A stretch of DNA of 64,000 nucleotides from Flavobacteriales bacterium (lineage in GTDB: Bacteria; Bacteroidota; Bacteroidia; Flavobacteriales_F; PHOS-HE28): positions 2,707,982 to 2,771,981 of the forward strand of contig CP064979.1 in the NCBI GenBank assembly GCA_016699575.1, read 5' to 3'. The stretch's first letter is position 1; each line of letters opens with the position of its first letter. A program made the position numbers and the translations under genes. Of the stretch, positions 45,618-57,300 are shown piece by piece. A model generated the notes under the pieces. It was not told the DNA's origin and ran no database searches. It was given only the letters and a program-made list of their open reading frames with translations.

Positions 45618-48152
45618 TCAGAAACTGAAGGTGGCCATCACGAAGAAGGTGCGGCCGTACATGTAACTGTAGCGGTTCGGGAAGCGGTCCACGTCCTGGC
45701 GGTCGAAGCGCAGTTGCTCGAAGCCGCCGGTGATGAAGTCCGTTACATTGAAGAGGTTGTTGATGTTGGCGTTGACGGCGAAGCGGTACTTGCGCTTGAA
45801 CATCCAGCTCTTGCCACCGTAGATGTCCACGATGAACGCGCTGTTGAGCTTCTCCTGTTCGAGCAGTTTTTCCACCTGCGGATCGTCCTGCACGAAGATC
45901 TCCGTGGCTTCGGCCGTGCGGCGTGCAGGGTTCGGGTCCAGGTAGATGTCGTCGAAGTAGTTGCCGTTGGCGCCCACGAACCAGAATTTGGGTGCACTGT
46001 ACTTGAGGCCGATGCTCGCGGCGGTCTGCGGCATGCCGCCCACGCGGTAGTTCTTCCAGTAAACGGTACGGTCGCTCGCCAATACTTCGCTGCTGTTGTC
46101 GCGTGTTGCTGTCGCTTGCGGACGGCTGCTGTAGAGGTATTGCCCCCCTGCGTACACAGCGGTCATCGTCCATGTTGCGGTGATGTTGGCCTCGGCGCCG
46201 AGCTCCACGCCCATGTGCGTCTGGTCAACCCCGCTCATGGTGTAGTTGACGATGGTGAGGAACTCCTCGTTGAAGAAACTGCGGCTCCAGATCTGGTCCG
46301 TGAACTTCGTCCAGTAACCAGTCAAGCGCCCTTTGATGCGCGGGGCGCGAAGGATGTAGTTGATGTCGGCGCTGGTGACCTTCTCGTTGGTGAGGCCGTC
46401 GATCACGCCATCCTGGTTGCGCGCGCTCAGGTACGACCAGCGGGGAGCAGGCGGCCGGGTCATGTACGCGGCATTGGCGGATACGTAGTGACGGCCACTG
46501 ATCTTGTACACGGCACCGCCCTTCAACCCGTAATGGAAGAAGCTGTGCGTTCCGCCCTTGCCCTTGCTGCTGGTGGGGAAGCGGCCGTTGGCCACGTTGC
46601 CTTCGCGGAAGAAACTGGTGTTCGCGAGGTTCAGGCCCAGGTACACCTCCAGTGTGCGCCACTTCTGCTCGAACTGGCCGAAGGCGTTCAGGTTGCTCAC
46701 GTGCAGTTCATAGTCGTAGCCGAAACGATCGCCCACGCGCACCACACGGTTGGGGTTCTCGATGTCGTTCTGTGCCGCGTTCGGGTCGTCCTGGTCCAGC
46801 TCCGCGAACTGGTTCAGGTCGAGCCAGTAGTCGCCGCCCAGCAGGTCCTTCACCACCTTGAAATTGTGCGTCACCTGCTTGTTCCAGCTGATGCCGGCGG
46901 TGATGTGGCCGTTCTCTTTCCAGGGCTTGTTCCACACGCTGTTGATGCCCCAACGCGTGGGGTCGTTGCGCTGCTCTTCCACGATGTACTTGCTGCGCAT
47001 GCCCGTCACGTTGTTCCCAACAATGCCATCGGCGTTCACCACCGTGTGCAGGTTCTTGCTGTTGGCGAAGTAGAGCTGCTCCCAGTCGATCTGGCGCACA
47101 TTGTCGTCGCTGCCCCAAAGGCTCGCCAGTTGCGCGGCGTAGGCCGGGTCGGTCTGGTCGTAGTAGCTCGGCAGGTAGCGGTAGTAATCGGGGCGGGGGT
47201 CCTTGGCGTCGAACCAGTTCAGGTTGGTAAGGCCATCGCGACCGAATGTGTAGACCACGCTCGTCTGCACTTTGCCCTTCTTGTCCAGGTCCCAGTTGTG
47301 CGTGAGCAGGAACACGGGCTTGTGGTCGTGGCTCATCCTTGCGTTGCGCTTTTCGCCATCCTGGTAACCCCAGTTCGGGTTGTAATAGTTGGTGCCAGTG
47401 AGATCATAGATCTCTTGGATGGCAGCGCCTTGGCGGCCTTGGATGATAGGCGCGCCGAAGTAGGTGAAGTTCAGGCTCTGCTTCTCGGTGAGCTTGCGCT
47501 CCACGGCCAGGAAGTAGGCCCAGGCATTGTAGCTGGTTCCGTCCACGTATCCTTCCTCGGCCCAACGGCGGCTGCCGCTCACGCTCAGTGCCCAGCCATT
47601 GCTCTGCATGCCCGTGTTATAGGTCACCATCACGCGGTTACGGTAGCTGCGGTTGGTGAAGGCCACCGAGGTGCGCAGGCCCTTGCGCAGGTGACCGGCG
47701 CGCAGGCCGATCTCCGTGTGCCCGCCTATGCTGCCGAAGGTCTCGCGGCTCGCTGCCACACCGTTGTGCACCCGCATCCAGCGGGTAACGTCGTTCAGGC
47801 CGCCCCAGAGGGTCCACGGCGCGAAGCCGCTCTCCAGGTCGTTGATCATCACGCCGTTCAGCGTCACAAGCGTGTTCTCGCCGTCGTAGCCGCGGATACG
47901 GAACCGTGCGTTGCCGAAGTTGAAGCCTGCCGTGCTGGTGAACACATCGCGGGAGCTTTGCAGCACACCACTGATGTCCTGGGCGCCCAGGGCCGCATCG
48001 AGCTCCTGCGCATCCATGGTGTACATGGGTGCGCGGGAGGCGCCGCCGGCCGTGTCGGCGGGCATGTACAGGGTGGTATCGATCTGCGCCAGAACGCCCA
48101 AGGCCGGGCCGAACGAAGCGAGCAAGAGGAGCGAGCGTACAGAACGGATCAT
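45618..48152 (-). CDS. TonB-dependent outer-membrane receptor
   Basis: Start MIRSVRSLLLLASFGPALGVLAQ (track ORF extends to 48329 through a non-Met start). Plug region TLVTLNGVMINDLESG, a >700-aa barrel, C-terminal FSF. Confidence 0.85.
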   Translation of the reverse strand: MIRSVRSLLLLASFGPALGVLAQIDTTLYMPADTAGGASRAPMYTMDAQELDAALGAQDISGVLQSSRDVFTSTAGFNFGNARFRIRGYDGENTLVTLNGVMINDLESGFAPWTLWGGLNDVTRWMRVHNGVAASRETFGSIGGHTEIGLRAGHLRKGLRTSVAFTNRSYRNRVMVTYNTGMQSNGWALSVSGSRRWAEEGYVDGTSYNAWAYFLAVERKLTEKQSLNFTYFGAPIIQGRQGAAIQEIYDLTGTNYYNPNWGYQDGEKRNARMSHDHKPVFLLTHNWDLDKKGKVQTSVVYTFGRDGLTNLNWFDAKDPRPDYYRYLPSYYDQTDPAYAAQLASLWGSDDNVRQIDWEQLYFANSKNLHTVVNADGIVGNNVTGMRSKYIVEEQRNDPTRWGINSVWNKPWKENGHITAGISWNKQVTHNFKVVKDLLGGDYWLDLNQFAELDQDDPNAAQNDIENPNRVVRVGDRFGYDYELHVSNLNAFGQFEQKWRTLEVYLGLNLANTSFFREGNVANGRFPTSSKGKGGTHSFFHYGLKGGAVYKISGRHYVSANAAYMTRPPAPRWSYLSARNQDGVIDGLTNEKVTSADINYILRAPRIKGRLTGYWTKFTDQIWSRSFFNEEFLTIVNYTMSGVDQTHMGVELGAEANITATWTMTAVYAGGQYLYSSRPQATATRDNSSEVLASDRTVYWKNYRVGGMPQTAASIGLKYSAPKFWFVGANGNYFDDIYLDPNPARRTAEATEIFVQDDPQVEKLLEQEKLNSAFIVDIYGGKSWMFKRKYRFAVNANINNLFNVTDFITGGFEQLRFDRQDVDRFPNRYSYMYGRTFFVMATFSF

Positions 48153-48352
48153 GGGTGGCGGACGTCGGGCGGCTTTCTGAAAGGGCGCCAAATGTAGCCC
48201 GCTGCTTGCCCCGGCTAAGGCCGAGTTGTTCACCGTTGCGCTAAGGCTGTGCAAAGGATCCGTGCACCGCCCGACTTGCGTAACTCGTCTTCCACCGGCG
48301 TCGACAGCGCCCCCCCGCGGGCGATACATTCGACGGCTTTTCCCGGCCCCTC

Positions 48353-51300
48353 ATGGCTTTCCCCTCCATGCCCGCCTTCCGAAGCGTCCTCCTGGCCGCA
48401 CTATTGGGCTGCGCCAGCGGGTTGAGGGCCGGCCACTTCGCCGGGGGCAACATCACGTACGAGTGCCTTGGTGGAACCAGCTACGAGGTGACGCTTGATC
48501 TCTTCCTGGATTGCTCGGGGGCCGCCATGATCCCCCAGGACCTCAATTTCCAAAGTGATTGCGGCGTCAGCTTCTCCCTGAACTCGCTGCCTGCACCCGT
48601 GCCCACCGAGGTGAGCCAGCTCTGCGCGGCGGAGATCCCGAACAGCACCTGCAACGGCGGTGCCTTGCCAGGCATTGAACACTACCAGTTCACCGTGGTG
48701 GTGAACCTGGCGGCGTGCAACGACTGGACGATCAGCTGGGATCTCTGCTGTAGGGCAGGCACCAACAACCTCATGGGCGTGCCGGGGATGTACGTCTCCG
48801 CCAACCTGGACAATGCAACAGCGCCCTGCAACAACAGTCCTGTCTTCACGGATTACTCCATCCCTTACGTGTGCGTGGGCCAACCGGCCAGCTACAACTA
48901 CGGCATCACCGAGCCCGATGGCGACAGTATCACGTATGCGCTGATCTCCGCATTACAGAACGTAGGCGTGCCGGTGCCTTACCAAGGTGGATTCACCGGC
49001 GCGGTGCCGATCCCGGGTGTGGCGCTCGACACACAAACCGGCCAGCTGACCTTCACCCCGCCCAACATCGGCAACTATGTGGTGGCGGTGCTCGTGAACG
49101 AGTACGATGCCAATGGCGTGCTCATCGGCCAGGTGATGCGCGACCAAATGTTCATCGCCATCGCATGCACCGGAAGCACACCAACGACAACGGGTATTTC
49201 CGGCGTCACCGGTCCCGCGGGCACTTACCTGGTGACGAGTTCCAACAGTATCGAGATCTGCGATGGTGCCAACGTGTGCGTTGATGTGGAGTTCACCGAC
49301 GTTGACCCGGCAACCACCATCCAGGTCGTATCCCAAGCGGCCACGTTGCTTCCTGGCTCAACCTTCACCATTACCGGCACCAACCCGGCAGTGGCCACCA
49401 TTTGCTGGACGGCCAACATCAACAACTCACCGGTGAACGTGCTCATCCAGGCGGATGATGGCGCGTGCCCGATCGAGAACACCGTCAGTACGTCCATCAA
49501 CTTCGTGGTGACGCAGCCGCAGGCCGGTGCCTTCGATCCGGGGACGAACGGTAGCATCACCGTGTGTGAGAACGTTGCACCCTTTCCGCTGTTCGGCGAA
49601 CTGGGCGGAACGCCGGATGCTGGTGGGACTTGGACTGCACCGGGCGGTGCCGCTCACAGCGGTACGTACGATCCTTCCGTTGATGTGCCCGGTGTGTACA
49701 CCTACACGGTGGGCAATGCCTGTGGCGGCGCCAGTGCAACTGTTACCGTGACGGAGAACCCGCTGCCGAACGCTGGAACCAACGGGAATCTGCAGGTGTG
49801 CGATAACGCAGGCCCTGTTGCATTGTTCAGCGGTTTGGGCGGCGCGCCTTTGGTGGGTGGGACCTGGACGGCCCCAGGCGGAGCAGCACATGGTCCCAAT
49901 TACGATCCGGCCAGCGATGTGCCTGGCGTGTACACCTACACGGTGAACGGTGTTGCACCCTGTGTCACTGCTTCGGCAACCGTAGCGGTGACCGAAGTGG
50001 CCCCACCGAACGCCGGAACCAACGGATTCTGGACGCTCTGCGGACAGACCGGTACTGTGAACATGTTCCTGGCCTTGGGCGGAGCGCCGCAAGCAGGTGG
50101 CACATGGACCGCTCCCGGTGGCGTTGCTCACGGCGCGATCTACGATCCGGTGGTCGACAATCCCGGTGTGTACACCTACACTGTTCCGGGCACCGCGCCG
50201 TGTGCTGCTTCCTCCGCCACTGTAACTGTTACAGAGAATCCCGCGGCGAACGCCGGTTCTAACGGGGCCATCACCATCTGTTCCACCAGTGCGCCGTTCG
50301 TGCTGTTCGCACAGCTGGGCGGAACGCCCGATGCTGGCGGAACATGGACCGGCCCCGGTGGCGCTGCGCATGGCCCGAACTACAACCCGGCAGTGGACGG
50401 TAGCGGTGTATACACCTACACTGTTGCAGGCATTGCGCCCTGCCTGAACTCAGTGGCCACGGTCACTGTCACGGAGAACGCGGCGCCGAACGCAGGAACG
50501 AACAACGCGATCACGGTGTGTTCCAACGGAGCGCCTGTTTCGCTTTTAGGCTCACTCTTGGGCGGTCCATCGGCCGGTGGCACATGGACCGATCCCGGTG
50601 GGGTGGCCCACGGTGCGCTCTACGATCCGCTGGTTGACGCTCCCGGCGTTTACACCTACACCATTCTTGGCAACGCTCCTTGCGCCAATGCCTCGGCGAC
50701 CATCACCGTAACGGAAACCACCGCTCCCAATGCCGGTACGAACGGAGTGCTGACCGTGTGCGCGAACAGTGCTGCAACTGGTCTCTTCGCTTCACTTGGT
50801 GGTGCGCCGCAAGCTGGCGGAACATGGACAGCCCCAGGCGGCGCAGGGCACAGCGGCACCTACGATCCTGCGGTGGATGCACCCGGCGCATTCACATACA
50901 CTGTTGCTGGTGCACCTCCCTGCGCGAACGCGACGGCAACGGTGACGGTGACGGAGAACGCACCGCCGAACGCTGGCACGAACGGAGCACTAACGGTCTG
51001 CGCCAACAGTGCTGCAACAGGTCTCTTCGCTTCACTTGGTGGCGCGCCGCAAGCAGGCGGAACATGGACTGCACCCGGTGGCGCAGCGCACAGTGGTACG
51101 TATGACCCGGCGGTGGATGCACCGGGCGCATACACATACACCGTCGCTGGACCGGCGCCTTGCGCGAACGCGACGGCAACGGTGACGGTGACCGAGAACG
51201 CACCGCCGAACGCTGGCACGAACGGAGCACTAACGGTCTGCGTCAACAGTGCTGCAACAGGTCTCTTCGCATCGCTCGGCGGTTCGCCGCAAGCAGGCGG

Positions 51301-54300
51301 AACATGGACCGCCCCAGGCGGCGCAGCGCACAGCGGCACCTACGATCCTGCGGTGGATGCACCCGGCGCATTCACATACACTGTTGCTGGTGCACCTCCC
51401 TGCGCGAACGCGACGGCAACGGTGACGGTGACGGAGAACGCACCGCCGAACGCAGGCACGAACGGAGCACTAACGGTCTGCGCCAACAGTGCTGCAACAG
51501 GTCTCTTCGCTTCACTTGGTGGCGCGCCGCAAGCAGGCGGAACATGGACTGCACCCGGTGGCGCAGCGCACAGCGGTACGTATGACCCGGCGGTGGATGC
51601 ACCGGGCGCATACACATACACCGTCGCTGGACCGGCGCCTTGCGCGAACGCGACGGCAACGGTGACGGTGACCGAGAACGCACCGCCGAACGCTGGCACG
51701 AACGGAGCACTAACGGTCTGCGTCAACAGTGCTGCAACAGGTCTCTTCGCATCGCTCGGCGGTTCGCCGCAAGCAGGCGGAACATGGACCGCCCCCGGCG
51801 GTGCAGCGCACAGCGGCACGTATGATCCGGCTGTTGATGCACCCGGGGCATACACATACACTGTCGCTGGACCGGCGCCTTGCGCGAACGCGACGGCAAC
51901 GGTGACGGTGACCGAGAACGCACCGCCGAACGCTGGCACGAACGGAGCACTAACGGTCTGCGCCAACAGTGCTGCAACAGGTCTCTTCGCATCGCTCGGC
52001 GGTTCGCCACAAGCAGGCGGAACATGGACCGCCCCCGGCGGTGCAGCGCACAGCGGCACGTACGATCCGGCCGTTGATGCACCCGGTGCGTACACATACA
52101 CCGTCGCTGGAACGGCGCCTTGCGCGAACGCAACGGCAACGGTGACGGTGACGGAGAACGCACCGCCGAACGCTGGAACGAACGGCGTGCTTACGCTTTG
52201 TGCGAACAGTGCTGCATCAGCGCTCTTCGCTTCACTTGGTGGCGCGCCGCAAGCAGGCGGAACATGGACTGCACCCGGTGGTGCGGCTCACAGTGGCACG
52301 TATGATCCGGCTGTTGATGGCGCCGGTGCATACACATACACCGTTGCTGGTACACCGCCTTGCGCGAACGCCACGGCAACGGTGACGGTGACCGAGAACG
52401 CACCGCCGAACGCTGGCACGAACGGTGTGCTGACCGTGTGCGTGAACGGTGTCGCGACCGGTCTCCTCACATCGCTTGGTGGTGCACCGCAAGCCGGTGG
52501 AACATGGACCGCCCCCGGTGGTGCAGCACACAGCGGCACGTACGATCCGGCTGTTGATGGGCCTGGGGTTTACACCTACACTGTTGTCGGCGCTGTGCCA
52601 TGTGCTGATGCTGTTGCCACGGTTTTGGTAACTGAGAATGCTGCTCCGGATGCCGGGATCGACGGTGCGCTTGTGGTCTGCTCCAACGGTCCAATGGTCG
52701 GCTTGATCGCTTCGTTGGGTGGTGCACCCCAAGGAGGAGGTGTGTGGACGGCCCCAGGTGGGCTCGCGCATTCCGGCAACTACGATCCGACCGTGGATGG
52801 TCCAGGCGTATACACCTATTCGGTTTGGGGCACCGCACCCTGTGCAGTTGCCACAGCTTCGGTCACTGTCACCGAAAACGTTCCACCCTCTGCAGGTACG
52901 AACGGCGGGTTGTCCATATGCTCCAATGGAGCACCCACGGGGCTGTTCTTTTGGCTGGCAGGGGCCCCGCAAGCCGGTGGGACCTGGACAGCGCCTGGTG
53001 GTGCGGCGCACAGCGGTACGTACGATCCAGCGGTCGACATGCAGGGTGCATATACCTACACGGTCCTTGGGTCGGCACCCTGTGCGGATGCCAGTGCCAC
53101 CGTAACGGTCACGGAGAATGCGGCTCCCGATGCCGGAGCCGATGCTGTGCTGACCATCTGTTCCAGCGATGGGCCACTGGCACTCTTCACCTTGTTGGGT
53201 GGCGCGCCGCAACCAGGTGGCAGCTGGACGGGTCCGGGTGGCACGGCGCATAGTGGCACGTATGATCCCGCCGTCGATGCCACGGGTGCCTACATGTACA
53301 CCGTTGTTGGGTTGCCCCCGTGCGCCAATGCAACTGCCACCGTTACGGTGACGGAAGTCGCTGCCGTTGATGCTGGTGCGAACGGAGCGCTGAGTGTTTG
53401 CGCAAGCACCCCGGCTGTTGCACTGATCAGTAGTTTGGGGGGGGCTCCTGGTGCAGGTGGCTCGTGGACCGCGCCGGGCGGTGCCGCACACAGTGGTGTC
53501 TTCGATCCAGCGGTGGATGTGGCAGGCAACTACACGTACACGCTGTTAGGAACTGCACCCTGTCCCGATGCCGCTGCTGTGGTGGCTGTCACCATCGCGC
53601 CGGCTCCGGATGCCGGCGGTAGTGCTGGGTCCCTTGCTTGCAGCGACGGGCCAGCAATGGACCTCTTCCTTGGGTTGACCGGAGCACCTGATGCAGGTGG
53701 GACGTGGACCGCGCCAGGTGGTTTGGCGCACTCGGGCTTGTACGATCCACTGGTCGATGCTCCGGGGGTCTACACCTACACCGTACCAGGAACACCGCCG
53801 TGTGCGAACGCAAGTGCCGGTGTTACGATGATGGAAGTGGCACCTGCCAACGCGGGCATTGATGCGGCGTTCGCGGCTTGTGCCACCGGTGGGGCAACGA
53901 ACCTGTTCCCATTGTTGGGTGGTGCCCAACCCGGTGGAACATGGACCGCTCCGGGCGGTGGTGCGCACAATGGCTTCTTCGATCCCGCGGTGGATCTTGC
54001 CGGTGCATATGCATACACCGTTCTTGGAAATGCTCCGTGCCCGGACGACGTGGCTGTGATCACTGTCGTGATCACGGCAACACCGGATGCCGGTACGAAT
54101 GGAACGCTGACGCTGTGCGAAGACATGGCGCCAACGTCGCTCTTCGCGGCGCTCGGTGGCGGCCCGGATGCCGGGGGAACATGGACCGATCCCAATGGCA
54201 ATGTGCATGGTCCAACGGTCGACCCGACCGTTGACCCCAGCGGTGTGTACACGTACACTATCGCGGCGGTGCCGCCCTGCTTGGGTGACGTCAGTACCGT

Positions 54301-57300
54301 CACGGTGTCCATTAACGCATTGCCTGATCCCGGCACCAACGGTTCACTCACCGTGTGCGACCAGGGTGCTCCGCAACCGCTCTTCGCCGCGCTCGGTGGA
54401 AGTCCGGACGCTGGAGGAACGTGGACCGATCCCAACGGCAACGCACACAGTGGCAGCATCGACCCGAGCATTGATCCAGCAGGCAACTACACCTACACGG
54501 TGAACGGAACAGCGCCATGCGGCAGTGCAAGTGCGATCGTTTCTGTAACGATCACCGGCTCTCCCACCGCTGGAACAGACGGAGCTTGGACCTTGTGCGA
54601 GGACATGGCGCCAACGTCGCTCTTCGCGGCGCTCGGTGGCGGCCCTGATGCCGGGGGAACATGGACCGATCCCAATGGCAATGTGCATGGTCCAACGGTC
54701 GACCCGACCGTTGACCCCAGCGGTGTGTACACGTACACTATCGCGGCGGTGCCGCCCTGCTTGGGTGACGTCAGTACCGTCACGGTGTCCATTAACGCAT
54801 TGCCTGATCCCGGCACCAACGGTTCACTCACCGTGTGTGACCAAGGCGCGCCACAATCGCTCTTTGCCGCGCTCGGTGGAAGTCCGGACGCTGGAGGAAC
54901 GTGGACCGATCCCAACGGCAACGCACACAGTGGCAGCATCGATCCGAGCGTTGATCCCGCGGGCAACTACACATACACCGTGAATGGCACAGCGCCGTGC
55001 GGCAGTGCAAGTGCGATCGTTGCTGTATCGATCACCGGCTCTCCCACCGCTGGAACAGACGGAGCTTGGACCTTGTGCGAAGACATGGCGCCGACATCGC
55101 TCTTCGCGGCCTTGGGTGGTGGCCCTGATGCTGGCGGCACATGGACCGATCCGAACGGCAATGCACACAGCGGCACTATTGATCCCGCAACGGATCCTGC
55201 AGGGATCTACACGTACACTATTGCGGCTGTTCCACCTTGCCTTGGAGATGTGAGCACAGTTACGGTCACCATCAACGCGCTGCCCGATCCCGGCACCAAC
55301 GGCGCGCTCACCGTGTGCGATCAAGGAGCGCCGCAGTCGCTCTTCGCCGCGCTTGGTGGAAGTGCGGACGTCGGTGGCACATGGACTGATCCCAACGGCA
55401 ATGCACACAGCGGCAGCATCGACCCGAGCATTGATCCGGCGGGCAACTACACCTACACCGTGAATGGCACAGCGCCGTGCGGTAGTGCTAGTACGGTCGT
55501 TGCAGTAACGATCACCGGCTCTCCCGATGCGGGAACAGATGGCGCATGGACCTTGTGCGAAGACATGGCGCCGACGTCGCTCTTCGCGGCGCTCGGTGGC
55601 GGCCCTGATGCTGGCGGCACATGGACCGATCCGAACGGCAACGCACACAGCGGCACGGTCGACCCCGCCAATGATCCCGCTGGTGTCTACACGTACACGA
55701 TCGCAGCCGTTCCACCGTGCTTGGGTGATGTCAGCACAGTGACAGTGACGATCAATGCGCTTCCTGATCCCGGCACCAACGGCGCGCTCACCGTGTGCGA
55801 TCAAGGTGCTCCGCAAACGCTCTTCGCGGCGCTTGGTGGAAGTCCGGACGCAGGCGGAACATGGACGGATCCCAACGGCAACGCACACAGCGGCAGCATC
55901 GACCCGAGCATTGATCCAGCGGGCAACTACACCTACACCGTGAATGGCACAGCGCCATGCGGCAATGCCTCCTCTGTTGTTGCAGTCACCATTTCCGGTT
56001 CACCGAACGCGGGCACCAATGGTGCGTGGACGCTCTGTGAGTCCTTCGCTCCAACGTCGCTCTTCGCAGCACTCGGCGGCGGCCCTGATGCCGGGGGAAC
56101 ATGGACCGATCCCAACGGCAATGCGCACGGTCCAACGGTCGACCCGACCGTTGACCCCAGCGGTGTGTACACCTACACCATCGCTGGTGTACCCCCCTGC
56201 CCAGGTGATGTGAGCACGGTGACCGTTACCATCAATCCATCGCCGGATGCGGGTCTGGATGGAGCGTTGACGGTGTGCGATCAGGGAGCATCACAATCGC
56301 TCTTCCCCGCGCTCGGTGGAAGTCCGGATGCCGGTGGCACATGGACCGATCCCAACGGCAACGCACACAGTGGCAGCATCGATCCGAGCGTTGATCCGGC
56401 GGGCAACTACACCTACACCGTGAATGGCACAGCGCCGTGCGGTAGTGCAAGTTCGGTCGTTGCAGTAACGATCACCGGATCGCCCACTGCTGGAACAGAT
56501 GGCGCATGGACCTTGTGCGAAGACATGGCACCAACGTCGCTCTTCGCAGCGCTCGGCGGCGGCCCTGATGCCGGGGGAACATGGACCGATCCCAACGGCA
56601 ATGCGCACGGTCCAACGGTCGACCCGACCGTTGACCCCAGCGGTGTTTACACCTACACCATCGCTGGTGTACCCCCCTGCCCAGGTGATGTGAGTACAGT
56701 GACCGTCACCATCAACCCATCGCCGGATGCGGGTCTGGATGGAGCGTTGACGGTGTGCGATCAGGGAGCATCACAATTGCTCTTCCCCGCGCTCGGTGGA
56801 AGTCCGGATGCCGGTGGCACATGGACCGACCCGAACGGCAACGCACACAGCGGCAGCATCGACCCGAGCATTGATCCGGCAGGCAACTACACCTACACGG
56901 TGAACGGCATCGTGCCATGCGGCAGTGCTAGTGCGATCGTGGCCGTAACGATCACGGGATCGCCGAACGCGGGCATCATGGGTGTGCTCACCGTTTGTGA
57001 GAACGCTGCGATCACCGATCTTTTCTTGTCGCTAGGTGGCACTCCTGATGCGGGTGGTGCATGGACCGATCCCAATGGGAACATGCACAGCGGGCAGTTC
57101 GATCCGGCAAATGATCCGCAGGGCGGTTACATCTACACCATTTCCGCTGTTCCACCCTGTCTCGGCGCATCCGCTGGTGTGAATGTCTCTGTTGAGGCGC
57201 TTCCGGACGCAGGGACCGACGCAAGCAACACGTTCTGCGAGAGTTGGGGCGCTGTCAACTTGTTCAACGAACTGGGCGGCGCGCCCACCGGCGGCGGTAC

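Noticed and set aside
44226-48197. 1323-aa plus-strand ORF
   Set aside because: Antisense to three strongly supported minus-strand genes (T9SS cargo, lipoprotein, TonB receptor). Repetitive A/V/G/R-rich shadow frame.
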